In this document: positions 31,674 through 48,770 of the stretch, piece after piece
Layout of the letters: every line of letters begins with the position of its first letter
Numbering within the stretch: the first letter of the stretch is position 1
Assembly (NCBI GenBank): GCA_009914755.4
Contig: CP068257.2
Location: 42,080,001-42,144,000 of the forward strand
From: the human T2T-CHM13v2.0 reference genome, Homo sapiens
Reading direction: 5' to 3'
Length of the DNA stretch: 64,000 bases
The notes under the pieces: model-generated
Databases searched by the model: none
The model's input: only the letters and a program-made list of their open reading frames with translations
Told to the model about the DNA's origin: nothing
Program-made: the position numbers and the translations under genes

Positions 31674-34600
31674 GGGCCCCGCCGCTCGCCCGTGACACGC
31701 AGCGCGTTGGTGTCTCCGTGTTTGTCCCTGTGAAAACATGTAACGTCTGCCTTAGAGCCATGACCGAAACTTGATATTTTTTTCTTTCATGAGTGTCCGG
31801 CATCTGCTGGTCTTCATTGTGAAACGTGCCAGTCGTGCTTTGTGAAAAATAACAAAGTGGTCACAGAAATTTGTGATCTGAAAACCCGGCTCCCTTCCCC
31901 ACAAGGCTCCTGGGCCTCCGGGAAGACGGGCCCCTGTTTGCCATCTCGGGGGTGTTCCCTGTGGGAGGGTGAGTGGGTGAGGCCGAGCCTGCTGCGTGTG
32001 GAGCCTCGAGTGGGCCCTGGCTGCCACTACCGCACAGAGGCCGTGTCGCGCTGGGCTGGGCTTGGGTGGCCTCTGTCTTTGCATCTCTGAGAAGGAGTCG
32101 GGTGGTAACGGTTGGGGTCAGGAAGAATTCTGCCAAGTATCTTTACTGTCATTCTGACCATAGCCTCTTTGTTCCCGCATTCGAACTTTTGGTTCTTACT
32201 TTGCTGCTCGTTTAGTCCCTGGGGATTTCAGATCTTAGGCTGTTGTTTCACCGTATGGGAGGGTTGATGTGAGCTTGCTTGGAGACACACGGTGCAGCAT
32301 CAGGGACCTTCCCAGGCCCCAGCAAATTCAAGTCGGTCTGCAGACCTCTCAGCTACCCGCGGGACCTCTTGTAACCCATCGGCATCTTCCAGGAATCCGC
32401 CGAGTGACTTGAGGAAGATGCTAACGCAGTAAGGTCTGTGCTGGGCCAAGAGCAGCTTTGAAGCTCCAGAGAACCACCCCGTCAGGTTCCTTGTGGAAGC
32501 TCCCCTCATCCGTGGTGCAGCAGGCTGAGCACTGCGCGTTTGCCACGTGCTGCCCGTGACAGCACATTGAGCCACAGCATTTGTAGACAGGACAGAGGGG
32601 TGCCTGCCCCCTGCCCCTGCTGGCACATTTAACCCTTGTCCCCTGACCTCAGTTCTGTGCCCCACCAAATGCCCAGGGGCAAGAGGCCACCCTGGAAGCT
32701 GCCAATCTTCCAAGGTGGGTGTGGGGCACGGTGGGGGCGGGCAGCTCCCAGGCCCTTGGGCAGGCTGGGGTGACGGCAGAGGCCACAGCACCAGCTCTGA
32801 CAAGTCCTATCATCCTCTGCTCAGCAGTGACCTCCCTGGCCCCACTTTGCCCAGAGTTTGGGGTCCCCCCAGGTATAGCTATAGGCGGCAGTGCCTGTCC
32901 CTGGCCTGCCTTGATTTCAGCCACACCCCTGCAGCCCTGCATCCCAGCTCTGGGGTGTGCAGAGGTTTGTGTCTCCAGGGAACCCACGGCTGGAGAGAAA
33001 TAGGGAGATGCAGGAAGTGGGGGCCCATGGGGCCCCCAAGAAGCGGACTCTCCAAGGGGTACCCCCACCCCGCTACCTTCCCCACGGACGGGCCCCTCCT
33101 GGAGCCCATACCCTCCTGTGAGGCCATTCCAGTGTCTTCTAGAAAGACTCGCTTGCCAGGAGTGCGTTCTTTGTTGAAAAATGCCCTGAAGCGAAAAGAT
33201 GCAGGTTTATATGGAACCCCCACCCCCTCCCCCACTCTCCCACTCTGTTCGTTCTGAATGTCTTCACGAGCGTGCATCAGGGCGCCTGGCTCCCCCACCT
33301 CAGCCAGTGAGTCAGACACGGGTTTCGCAGCCATGTTTCCTGGCTCCGAGGACACGGGTGGCAGGCCCGTTGCAGCCCAGAGCCACTGGTCCCTACAGGG
33401 CGCCGCCACACCAGCAGGAAGGAGGATGGCTGTGTCCGGAGCCTGGCGGGGAGGCGGCCTCCCCAGTATGTGAGTGCAGGGATCTGCCAGAACCACCTGG
33501 CCCTCTGTAGGGCGTTTAACTGGAAATACCCTCACTGCCAAGTGGAGACTGGGGCGTGTGCCACATTGCCAGCCACCAGGAAAGCTTTTCTTTTTCTTTT
33601 TTTTTTTTTTTTAAACACCAAGAGCACGTATAGCATGGGGGAAAGAACCTAAATGTCTCTCTGTCCTGTGAGCTGGTGAAAAACCCAGCATGAGAACGCA
33701 GTGTCAGGTGTGGGACTCCTTCTGCCCCTGCAGTGGGTGTTACGGGCGGTGTGCCCTGGCGAGCAAGCTTTGATTCTTGGTTCTTTGAGCTCGTTTCAGA
33801 GGCTGAGTCCCCACATCAGCTTTAGTTCTTGGACTTCCCTGTATTAAGCAAGAATTAGGAGAATGGCTGTCCCTGCAGGCGCCTCCCGTAAATCCTGAGC
33901 TCTCTGGCGCAATCTGAAACTTCTCTTCTGTTTTCTTTGGCTGTATCAGCCGAACCAGGAGAGGCCTGGGCTGCGACTAAGGAGAAAGAAATCGGGGGTT
34001 TCTGAGAGCAGATGGTGCCTTTGTGGGTGCAGGGCTTTTGTGGAAATTGTCAGCCTCTACGGGCAGAGTCCGGCATCCCCTCCCCAGACTGCCTGCTGTC
34101 AAACCACGGAGCAGCTGGAGCCTGCCCTGTCCACGGCCCGTTTCCACCCGGGCATGTTCGTCTCTCATGACTTCGGCAGAGGCCCCTGGTGGCCTTCAGT
34201 TTCAGTTTCTCATCCAGGAAGGTAACCTTGGGCATTGGCAGTGGGTTTCCCTATGGCTTGGATCCAGATTAGAATTGATCTTTGTTTTCACTTTCCATAG
34301 TTAATAACATGCAAAATAATGAGAAGAATTTATTTTAAGGTGACAGCTATACTGGTCCAACATCGCCTGCTTATTGTCAGGGTACAGAAGTTTAATACTT
34401 TCTTAATCCAGTTTTTCAAACTTCTCCCTGTAGACCGTAAGGATGAATTCCACAATAGGATCCTTTTTAAAATCGATTTTAAATTGTTGCCTAGTCCTGC
34501 CAAGGTTATTATGTGCATCTGTTATTTTTCCAATACATGTAAACAGTTGCAGCATGATGCTTTGTTTAATGTCCTGTTCTTAAGCTCGTTAGAGCCAGTT

Positions 34601-35774
34601 TTGAAACGTTTGGTCTTACCGTGAACGGAGGCTGGCTTGGCTTAGCCACGCTGATGAGTAAGTGAGGGATGTCTCCATCTTGAGATCACCAGGCAAGAGA
34701 GTTGCCTGCACCAGGTAAGAGGCCAAAGCCCCTGGGGTAACAGTCCCCACCGCTACCCGAGGTAAAACAATAAAAGCTATGTGGTTGAGCTCAGGCCTCT
34801 CGTGCCTGGTGTCAGAGAAGGCAGAGCCCACAGTAGGTGCAGGGTGCAAGGCCCTGGGAGGGCACTGGCCAGGGAAGGTGGTATAGATGGCCCTCAGATT
34901 GCGGGGCCCCGAGCAGCTCCCCACTCTGCCCGTCCACCTTCCCTGGCTCCAGCCTCATTCTCTCTTTAGTTTAACTATGCAAAGAGAGGAGGTTGAGAGT
35001 GTTCTGGCAGCTGGAGCTCTTTTCCTTGTCCTTCCTGCCCTCCGATGGGGCCACCTGTGTCGGGGCAGCAGTGTCCATGTTTATGGAGATCAGAGGTGTC
35101 CCCACTGTGTGGCTGGACTGTACTCTGCTGCCCGGGTAGCCAGGAGTCTCTCCCTCTCTCCCCTGCCGCCTGCCTGGTCTCATGGGCCTCCTTCACACAC
35201 CCCTCCCTGTGGATCGCCTGCCTGGGCCCAGAGCAGGGGAACTGGAGTTTGTGAGTGAGCAGAGCAGGTTATGTGCAGACAGGGAAACGAGAACTTTGGA
35301 CCTGGCTTTCTGAGTCCAGGTGAGAGCTGTGTGGCCCCCCGATGCCACTCTGCCCGCCGGAGGGATGTGCCTGCTGAGCCTTTTCCTTCCACGCCGCCTC
35401 TCACTGCCAGGCCAGCGGCTTCCGCTGAGACTCGCTGGAGAGGCGGCTCCCGTGTCCGTCCACCGAGCACTCAGATGGATGCTGATCACCAGGGCCGAGG
35501 GGGCTCCCAGAAGGACCCCAGGCCCTGGGGAGGGTGGCTGTGGGAGGCCAAGTCCACTGCCCGGAAGTCTTGTCAGCCCTAAGCCAGGGAAGCCTGGAGC
35601 GTGGCCTGGCGGGTCTGGGTGGACACCGTCCCCACTCCGGACTCCCAGCACAGGGGAGGAGACCTGAGCCTGTATGGCCCTGTAGCCCTGGGCAGAGCTG
35701 GGCCTGTCGTGTGTTCCTGCCTGGCAGGTGCAGGTGCTGGCCATCTGCAGGTGGAAGGAGGTGGGAATCTTGGA

Positions 35775-36086
35775 TTTTTTGGTTTTTTTTGTCTTTTTTT
35801 TTTTGAGATGAAGTCTCGCTCTGACACCCAGGCTGGCGTGCAGTGGTGTGATCTCGGCTCACTGCAAACTCCGCTTCCTGGGTTCAAGTGGTTCTCCTGC
35901 CCCAGCCTCCCAAGTAGCTGGGATTACAGGCATGCGCCACCACGCTCAGCTGATTTTTGTATTTTTAGTAGAGATGGGGTTTCACCATGTTGGCCAAGCT
36001 GGTCTCAAACTCCTGACCTCAAGTGATCTGCCCGCCTCGGCCTCCCAGAGTGCTGGGATTACAGGCGTGAGCCAGTGCACCCGGCG
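35775..36086 (-). mobile_element. Alu (antisense) inside the PDXK 3'UTR
   Basis: Alu consensus in reverse complement. Confidence 0.9.
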
Positions 36087-36703
36087 GAATCTTGGAATTT
36101 TTATAGACAGCACCTCAGTTTCTGACTCCAGCCGCACACCTCCTGCCTCTACCAGCAGGGGTTGCCGCCAGACCAGAGCCAGGGCCAGGTCCCTGCGTCC
36201 ATCCCCCCCGGTAGGATGGACGTGAGCCATCCTTCTAGGGGACTTTTTTCAGTGTGCGACTCGTCTCTGTTAGGTGGTAGGAGCCAGTTTGTGTGGCCTG
36301 TGCCACGCTCCACAGTGCGTGGCTGGGCTCTGTGTGTGGCCTGTGTCCCCTGTCCCTGCAGGACCCAGCAGGCATCGTGGCGTGACAGCTGTGTCCAAGC
36401 CACTGCCCGGGCATCCCATCACCCACCAGGGTGCACGGTCTCTCCTGCTGGGGGCTTTCTGTCGCATGTGTGTCTCCTGTCGACTCTGCAGTTTGTTCTC
36501 AGAGCAGAATGTTTCCTGTTCTCAGTGCACAAAGACACTGGTTTTCAATCGGCGTCTAAAACCACGTTCCTGCCTTTCATTGCAACACGGTGTGTTCATT
36601 TGTTTAAAACAGTTTAATGAGTAAGTTTAGATGACTGGTCAATATCTTAAAAATGTATATTAGTAAGAAGTTCTTCCTGGAATTTTTCTTTCGATTCTGG
36701 CAG

Positions 36704-36709
36704 AATAAA
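36704..36709 (+). terminator. PDXK: Candidate alternative polyadenylation signal (AATAAA followed by a U-rich tract)
   Basis: Sequence cagAATAAAcaggtgtttttagtttt. Confidence 0.4.
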
Positions 36710-37889
36710 CAGGTGTTTTTAGTTTTCCCACTGTCTGAGCCAAGCAGGACCCTGTCCCAGAGCAAGAGATGTCCCCTTCCATCTCTGACCCTTGCCTGGG
36801 ACAAGCTTTGATGGGGGGCCCCAGCTTCAAGGCTGTGGTGGGAACAGCACCCCCAAATGCCAGCCTCTCCTTTCTTCCCATCCACCAGTATACTGCGGGG
36901 CCATTTCTGGTCTTTGTCCAACAGGAAACCCATTTCTGGTGGGATATGCCTTCCAGTGCCACAGGGCCACTCACCCCATGCATCTCTGTCCTGCCCGTCA
37001 GTGCTGGGACGGACAGCAAGGGCAAGCCCAGTGTCTGGCGGATAGGTGGGTGGGAACAGAGAGGGGAGAATGCCGTCCTAAGCTTCTGCTTGGGGATCCC
37101 CCACACGACCTGGGTACTGCCTGGGAAACCTGTCCTAAGTAAAACTATGGACCTCGCCTCGCCCACCGGCCTGCAAAGCCAGCATCTCCGTGAAGGTGGA
37201 TGGAAGCGCCTTTGTCCTCATTTTGAGCTGCAAGCTGGGTCAGCGGCTCTGAAGCCCTCGAGTGACTTTCTAACCCAAGACCCAGCCCCTGGCAGGAGGA
37301 GGGGTGGGTGCAGGGCTGGTGGGACAAAAAGAGGCCTCAGCAGGCCTGGAAGACCCTTCCAGTACATCCCACAGCGTGTCGAGCAGCTGGGAGAACCTGT
37401 GTCAAGCTCGAGCCGTCATAGGTCCCCATGAGGTGTCTGAAGCCCCTTCTTGGTGATGGGAGGCAGAGGTGCTGACGTTCTGGAGCATGGACGTGAGTCC
37501 TCAGCTGGCTCCGCGTGGGCCCTTGGAGGGTGCCAGGTGTGTGGTGACCTTCTGGATGCCTTTAACTTCATGGCTGCGTCATTCCTGATTTAGAACTTTA
37601 ACCGGAGCTTCATCTAGTGATTGCAAAACTGGACCAATGGGAGGACGGCGGCGCAGCCCGCTCCCTCCGTGGAATGGAGCTCAGCTCTTCGGAGGCATCA
37701 AAGCACCTGTCGCCTCCGTGGTCCCCCTGCCGAGGGAGTGCGGCCTCTGCAAGGTTCGGGGGTGGCTTCGTTTGCCTGGAGTGGCCGGCCCTGCTTGTGC
37801 CATGTGGATGTTTGTGAGCCTCGGTCCTACAGCACTGTGTAGGCTGCATCTGTTTCGTGCTGGTCCTGTTGACTTGTATGATATCCACA

Positions 37890-37895
37890 AATAAA
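37890..37895 (+). terminator. PDXK: Candidate distal PDXK polyadenylation signal
   Basis: Sequence ccacaAATAAAtattttcatggcggtcgtgttg: AATAAA followed by a GU-rich downstream element. Confidence 0.5.
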
Positions 37896-39212
37896 TATTT
37901 TCATGGCGGTCGTGTTGAGGCATGATGGTTCCTTCCCATCCCAGGAGCTCCCTACCTGTGATTGGCTGAACACCCAGTACCCTGCCAGCCACGCTAGGGA
38001 TTGCTGCTGGAAATGGTGGCAGCTGACTCCCTAAAAACCTCCCCTTTGGAGGAAAGAGCATGCCTTGCCCCTGCCTGCCGGGCCCAGGCCCCCTCCCATC
38101 CTGCACTCTGTTTTCTGCCTTGGGGGCTGGCCTGGGTGCCCCGGCATGGGCTTCCTGCAGGACTTCCCAGGGCAGAGCCCTCAGGGATAGGAGGCCTCCC
38201 TGTGCAATTCTGAGGCCCAGCTCTGGGTGTTGGCCAAGGGTGTCTGCTCCTCCTGGGATCCACCTGGCTCCTTCACACCTGGGTGGTGACGTTGTAGTGC
38301 CTCTGGCTGGGCAGATCTCGTGTTCCCTGACTCATGTGCACCTGTGCGATAAACCCACAGACCATCTCCAGCAATGCCAGGCTGGTTGCTGTGTGCCAAG
38401 AACAAGGAGAAGGCGGAACCAGGGGCTGCAGAACCAGCCCCTCCCCAATGAGGACCCCCTCTGGACGCCCCTCCCCATGGAGAACACCAGGAGCCACAGA
38501 CCCCAGACCACAGAGCACACAGGGGAGGGCACGGGGCGGCCGGGGCAGGGTGTCTGCTGCCTCGTTTATGGGATTTGCTCCGCGTCTAGCACACTGCTGC
38601 CTGCAGTGCTCCTGTCCCCTGCAGTGGCTACTCTGGGCCTACGGGCCTAATCCTGGTTGGCATGAAAATGTCCTGAGGCTACTGTGACAAATTTCCACAA
38701 GCTGAGTGGCTTAAAGGAACACATTTGTTCTCTTACAGTTGCAGGGGCCAGAAGAGTCTAAAAACAGTCAGCAGGGCTGGTTCCTCCTGGAGGCTTAGAG
38801 GGGCTGAATCCGTTTCCTGCCTTTTTTAGTATCTGGAGGGCGCCTGCATCCCCTTGCTTATGGCCCCTTCCATCACCAAAGCCAGTAGTGTCACATCTTT
38901 CCACCTCTCCCTGACCCTGACCTCCGCCCTTTCTCTTAGAAGGACCCTGTGTGACTTTGGACCTACCTAGATAATTTAGGGTCATCTCTCATTTCAGGAA
39001 CCTGAATTTAATCCCACCTGCAAGTCCCTTTTGCCAGGTAAGGTCACAAATTCACAGGGTCTGAGGATGAAGATGTGGACCTCTTTGAGGGCCATGATTC
39101 AGCCCACCACGTCTGGTGACGAGGGATGGAGTGTGTTCTGCAGCAGTGGGGGCCTATGCAGACCTATCCCGAAGTTCAAGGAAGCAGAGAGGCCGAAGAA
39201 AGAAGCTGCCCT

Positions 39213-39607
<395 letters not shown>

Positions 39608-40624
39608 TCACCCACAAGCCTAGGGCTTATGTACCGTAGGGGAGGGGTGCGTGTGGTTCAGAAGGGATGTGCTGGACAGTTGAAGCAGACAGCATCCCAG
39701 TCATTTGCCCTAAGGGCAGGATTTAGGGTAAGTACCTGCCTTTACACAAGGAACAATAGATGAGCTGAAAATCTGAGAGGCCTTCCTAGAACTGGGGTTC
39801 ATCAGACAACAACAGGGTGGGTTAGCCTCCAAGCTGGAACTGCTGTGGCGTGTCCAGGGGTGGGGCATGTGCTGGCTTGGTCATCTCCCCCTCCGAGGGT
39901 CTGAGCCAAATATCCAGCAGCAAACATGCTCGGCCCTGAAGCCTCAGCCATTGTGAGGACTCTGGCTGGGCCTTCTTCCCCCGATGGGTGGGAAAGGCCG
40001 GCCTCAAGTCCAGGACCTGCCCTTGAGGCCATGCTGGCTTAGGGCTTCAAATCTGGGTTCCTAGGAAAGGGGCTGGGCTCCAGTGGCGTGGGGGTGGGGA
40101 CGGCAGATGGAGGGAGGCTGGGAAGGGAGAGAAGGAACCTCATGGGCAGTTAGGCTCCCGGGGCTTCTCTGGGGACACCACCAGCAGAGTGTGGTTGTTG
40201 ACACCTCCCTGGGGCTCGGGGTCTTCCTTTGGCCCCAGTGAACACCTGTCACACACTCGCTGGGATGGACTGACCTTCAGGGTTTGCTGCCACCCGTGTC
40301 CTCCACCCTGGTAGGGCCTTTCCAAGACACTTGTGGGGACAGGCCGGGCCTGGCCAGCATCCGGTAGGCTGCACTTTCCGGAGGCCTCTGGGATTACAGG
40401 CCACCTCACCCCAGCTGGAATTCTGCCTAAATTACTGCATTGAGGAGATTCCCTCACAAGGTGCGGACTCAGGCTGGCCCTGAAACAGCCGTCACCTCCA
40501 CGAGGCCGGCCCAGGCCCCTGCGCACTGCCCTGCTCATGCCCCCATCCATGCCAGCTCCCACCAAGCCCGTGCCCCTGCCAAAGAGCTGGGGGAAGGGAT
40601 GGGAGACAGACTTCTCTTTCCTTA

Positions 40625-40933
40625 TTTCTATTTTTTTTTTTTTTTCCAGACAGGTTCTCACTCTGTCACCCAGGCTGGAGTGCAGTGGTGTGATCTCAAC
40701 TCACAGCAACTTCTGTCCAAGCAATTGGCCTCAAGCCATCCTCCCGCCTCAGGCTCCCGAGTAGCTGGACCACAGGCACACCACCACGTCCAGCTCATTA
40801 AACAATTTTTTTGTAGAGATGAGGTCTTGCCATGTTGCCCAGGCTGGTCTCGAACTCCTGGGCTCAAGTGATCCTTCCTCCTCGGCCTCACAAAGTGCCG
40901 GAATTACAGGCGTGAGCCACCACTCCTGGCTCT
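40625..40933 (-). mobile_element. Alu (antisense) with target-site duplication cttatttct
   Basis: Alu consensus in reverse complement with flanking direct repeats. Confidence 0.9.
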
Positions 40934-41174
40934 TATTTCTGTTTTTTCTGGTAACAGCTTTATTGAGTTACAATTCATTCCATATGACTCAGCCATTTGA
41001 AGGGTACAGTTCAGGCTGTGATTATAAAGGCAGCACTGTTGAGGACACTGAGCCTGGACAGGTGTCCCCCCCAAATTCAATGATGTCCTGCAAAAAGGTC
41101 CACCCTAAGCCTGGACAGGTGTCCCCCCAAATTCATTGATGTCCTGCAAAAACTCACGTCCACCCTGCACTTCA

Positions 41175-41884
<710 letters not shown>

Positions 41885-41920
41885 TTACATAAAATGCAGT
41901 CGCCCCAGGTGAGGACCCTA

Positions 41921-43400
<1,480 letters not shown>

Positions 43401-45130
43401 AGTCCTTTGCCTTCTTCCCCCGTCTCCGGCTTGTAGCCACAAAATGTGCTGCCCTGGGCCCTGCCTCAGGTTTCCCTACGGAAACGGCACAGGCCACGCT
43501 GCCTCCCCTGCTGGCACCCTAGTCTCTGATGGAGACCGTGGCCTCTCCACCCAGAAAGTGGGCCAGGCCTCACCATCCCTGAGCTCTGTCTGCCTACGTC
43601 TCTGGCTGCCACTGACCCCACCAGCATCTTGGCCTCTCGACACACCCCCTCCGCCCTGACTCTGTGTCATACCCAGGCCTCACGACACACTCCTGGGCAA
43701 GGCTGCGTCGGCAGCGCCCTGGCCAGGGCTGTGGTCGGGCCATGGAGGGGGCCCCCTGGCTGAGACCACACCCTGTACCCCCAAAAGAGGTCATCCTGCC
43801 CGTGCCAGAAACCCCGTCAAGGACATGTGCACCCCTGGAGTGTGGGCGCAGAGGCCGGCCACATTTAGCCAGTTGTACATTCATTCAGGCTGCAATTCTT
43901 TCTTATCCCTGGGCTCAGGGCCGCACCCAGACACACGAGGCCGGGCAGGCATGACTCAGCAGCCCTTAGGATCTGCGTCCTGTGATTTTCTCAAGGAGCA
44001 CAAAGGTGAGCGTAGCCATGGGGGAGAATAGGGAAGGAAGAAGGGCCAACAGTGGCCGAGTCAGCTCTGCTTAGTCTGAACTGCCCCTCCCATTGCTCCC
44101 AGGCCGGGCAGCAGCCTCTTGAGCAGCCCCGAGCCCCGCTCTTGTCCTTCCAGCCGGCTCTCAGGGGCTCACCCCCTCCCCACCCCCACAGTCAGCCTTG
44201 CGGTCAGCTTTCTCTAAAGGCAGCTCCGCACACGTAGCTCTCCCTGCCCCACGTTGTCCACAGCGCTCCCTGCCCCCAGATCCCAGTGTCCCCACCACAG
44301 CTCCGCACCGCTCCTTGATCTGGGCCTGCATTAGCATCCCCGGGTTATGTGGCTACCCGTGCTGCAAAGGAGCCTGGGAAGTGTGTCTTTTCCATCTGTG
44401 CGAAATTCTATAGTTTTTCTCGCCCTTAAGGGAGGTGGGGAGAAGGATCTGGGCAGGGAAGGCCCGGCCCATCCCTGGCCACCTATGACACTGTAAGCCT
44501 CTTAGAGAGCGGCCATGCCTGCCTCGCTCTGCAAGCAGACCTGCAGGGTGCCTGGCACGAGGACATTCAGATGTGGGAAGGAGGGAGGAGGGAGAGACGA
44601 CCTGGAAAGGAATGAGTGTGAGCTCAGTCGATGGTCAGGGACTGTGCCCAACCAGGGCCTGGCTGTGCCGTGGGGAGCTCTCGGAGCTCTGAGCATCCAA
44701 ATGTTGGAGTCCTGACCCTGCCTTTTGTGGGATAGAAAATGGGAATTAACACCGCTTCTGGGCAGCTCAATTAGGAAATCTTAGACGCTCTACCTGGTAG
44801 TGGAATGATTAGATTACTCAAGCCTACAATTTTATCTTTTGCACAATTTGCATCCAATTATGTTATTCTGTCTCTAATCTAGTGGGAATCTAATCTCATC
44901 TCCATCAGTTGGCCCTGCTTCATAACGCACGTTTCCTGACAGCAGTTAGAGGAGAGACTGAGTAAGGCTGTGGTGGCATCTCCCAGCTCCTTTGGGCTGG
45001 TAAGGATACTGTTGGCTTTGCCTGGCTCCCCCCACCCAGACCCTGTCTACACAGACAGAACCTCAGCTAACACAGAGCCTGGCTGCTCTGTTCTGCCAGA
45101 TCGGGAACACATGGCCAGCAAAACCTGCAG

Positions 45131-45748
<618 letters not shown>

Positions 45749-46269
45749 ACCCTACCAGCTTTGGGAAAAGTGATGCTCGCTGAGAATTCGGGGTGGAGGG
45801 TAGGAGACCCAACCAAGATGACACTGTCACTCGAGAGTGAGTGACAGCTGGCTGGGGACCCGCAGCTGCCTGCTCAGCCCAGGGAGCATGCCTGCCTCAG
45901 GAGCTTCAGAGTGAGGGTCTGCGCTCTCAGCGTGGGGCGGTTCCTTGCCTAGCATCTGTTGAGTGCATTTCCATCAGCCAGGGCCCCAGTGGAAACAGGC
46001 AGCACTCACAGGAGCAACTCAAGCAGCGTTTGGTGTCCAGCGTGTGGAAGCGGTGTTCCCTTTCAGGACGGGGCCCGCGTTACAAACGGGGAGCTCAGGC
46101 CAGGCCGTCCTGGGCTCCTGCACGTTCTGGACTTTGCGCACCCACCCCTCCACCTTCCCGTCCTACCTGTGACTTGAGCAGGCGCCCAGGCTGTAGGGCG
46201 GACTGCAGGAGAGGGGCTGCCCCTGGAGGGGGTTGTAGGCCTCTGCTGCCCTGGCTCCCCTTGCCGTTT

Positions 46270-46552
46270 TCATTTATTTATTTATTATTATTATTATCTT
46301 CAAGACAGGATCTCTCTCTGTCACCCAGGCCAGAGTTCAGTGGTGTGATGATGGCTCACTGCAGCCTCGACCTCCCGGCTCAAATGATATGATCCTCCCA
46401 CCTCAGCCTACCAAGTAGCTGGGACTACAAGTGTGTGTCGCCAAACCTGGCTAATTTTTTATTTTTTGTAGAGATAGGGGTCTCACTCTGTTGCCTAGGC
46501 TGGTCTCAAACTCCTGAGCTCAAGTGATCCTCCCACCTCGGCCTCCCAAAGC
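46270..46552 (-). mobile_element. Alu (antisense, 5'-truncated)
   Basis: Alu consensus in reverse complement. Confidence 0.85.
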
Positions 46553-47213
46553 TCAAGCCATTTTTAACATTGCCGAGGCAGTTTTGGGGAAACATGCCTG
46601 AACGAACCATGAGTAAGACCTCCACGTTTTCTTTCTGGCTCTCAGGGGTCTGGAGGGGAAGTGGCTCATGGCAGGTCCCAGCACGTAGGCCTCTGTTTTC
46701 TGGTTCATGTTCCAGGATGGGGAAGGACCTAAGCCATCAGTGTCCTGGAGATCCAGCGTCTTAATTCATTCAGGGTAGCCCGTCCCGCCCTCCAGACTGC
46801 TGGGCACACCAGGGGCTCTGCTCCTGCTCTGTCCCAGGACTCAGGGCCCCTCCAGGGCAGCTGCCGTGATGTCGTGGCTATGAGGCATTCAGCCGCCTCC
46901 CAGAATGCGCCATGCTCTTGCCCAACCTGGACTCCCCACTCTCTGCTGCTGGCGCCAGGACGGTCTCACCCACCTCAGCCTCTAGCTCCTCCTCCTCAAG
47001 CCTCAGGTCTGAACTTGGCCATGGCCTCTGCCCAGAAGCCTTCTGCACCTCTGTCAGATCCCCGTTTACCCCCAGCAGGACCCTCCCTTAGGGCACTTGG
47101 TACAATTTCACATCCGTGACAGTGACAGTCACCGCCCCCATGCTGTGAGCCCCACGGGAGTCCGAGCTGACTTCATTCTTCCCCTACTACGTGCCTCATC
47201 CACTTTGAGCTCC

Positions 47214-47584
47214 TGTATTAGTCCATTCTCATGCTGCTAATAAAGACATATCCATGACTGGATAATTTATAAAGGAAAGAGGTTTAATTGACTCACAGTT
47301 CAGCATGGCTAGGGAGGCCTCAGGAAACACAATCATGGCAGAAGGGGAAGGAAACACATCCTTCTTCACATGGTGGCAGGAAGGAGACGTGCCAGCAAAA
47401 GCGGGGAAAGCCCCTTATGAAACCATCAGATCTCATGAGGATTCACTCACTATCACGAGAACAGCATGAGGGTAACCACCTCCATGATTCAATGACCTCC
47501 CACCAGGTCCCTCCCATGACACGGGATTATGGGAGCTATAATTCAAGATGAAATTTGGGTGGAGACACAGCCACACCATATCAG
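47214..47584 (-). mobile_element. Solo THE1/MST-type MaLR LTR, intact (~370 bp)
   Basis: Runs from tgtattagtccattctcatgctgctaataaagacata to gacacagccacaccatatca. Matches the THE1 consensus in reverse complement. Confidence 0.8.
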
Positions 47585-47799
47585 AGCTCCTAATGCACTC
47601 TCAGAGGGCAGGGTTAAACCAGCGGGGGGTTCGGTTAAACCAGCGGGGGGTTCGGTAACAAGGGACTTTTGTCAGCGGGTAGTGAAATTCATCAGATTTC
47701 CAAGCTGCTGCTGTTGATGCTCCTAAGGAAGCAGACAGCGTGTGGATGAAATTGACAACTTCATATAAATTATATATATATATAGAGAGAGAGAGAGAA

Positions 47800-48075
47800 A
47801 CGGAGTCTTACTCTGTTGCCCAGGCTGGAGTGTAGTGGTGCAATCTCGGCTCACTGCAACCTCCTCTGCCTCCTGGGTTCAAGCTATTCTCTTGCCTCAG
47901 CCTCCTGAGTAGCTGGGATTACAGGCACCTGCCTGGCTAGTTTTTTGTATTTTATTTTATTTTTTTCAGTAGGGATGGGGTTTCACCATGTTGGTCAGGC
48001 TGGTCCCGGAACTCCTGACCTCAAGTGATCCACCCACCTCAGCCTCCCAAAGTGTTGGGATTACAGGCGTGAGCC
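47800..48075 (-). mobile_element. Alu (antisense)
   Basis: Alu consensus in reverse complement. Confidence 0.85.
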
Positions 48076-48461
48076 TGTAATTTTGATCCCTTTGTCAACT
48101 TGTATTTAAACCAGACCACAGCATTAATTACATATTTTATTTTCTGTTTTACACTGATATTTCCTGTTTACACACAAGCTTCTAACCCTAAATCCAGCTT
48201 CCCCCAACCCAGGTGCCCCATAGGAGTTCCTGGTCACTGCTCCTGCAGACAACCGCTCCCTTCCTGTTGGGGATGGCTCTCCCGCTGCGTGGTCCCCTAA
48301 ACAGCCCCTCCCCCACCTGCCTTCCGCTGGAAATTCTCAAGTGGGAAATACAACGGGTTTTCCTTTCAATGCAAAACTGCTTGATTCTGTTTTGCATGTT
48401 ATAAAAGCTTAGTCTCAGAGTTCATGTTAAGAGTGTAGAATACACACAGTCCATGATTCAG

Positions 48462-48770
<309 letters not shown>

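Larger units (their letters stand above)
31674..37915 (+). other. PDXK: PDXK 3'UTR, ~6.2 kb, extent inferred
   Basis: Non-repetitive sequence continues from the stop codon to an AATAAA at 37,890 with a GU-rich element downstream. Contains one antisense Alu (35,775-36,086). Confidence 0.6.

Noticed and set aside
34290-34625. AT-rich island with ~100-aa ORFs on both strands inside the GC-rich PDXK 3'UTR
   Set aside because: Composition typical of an old transposon fragment. The ORFs are short, lack conservation cues and lie inside a 3'UTR. Not reported as a gene.
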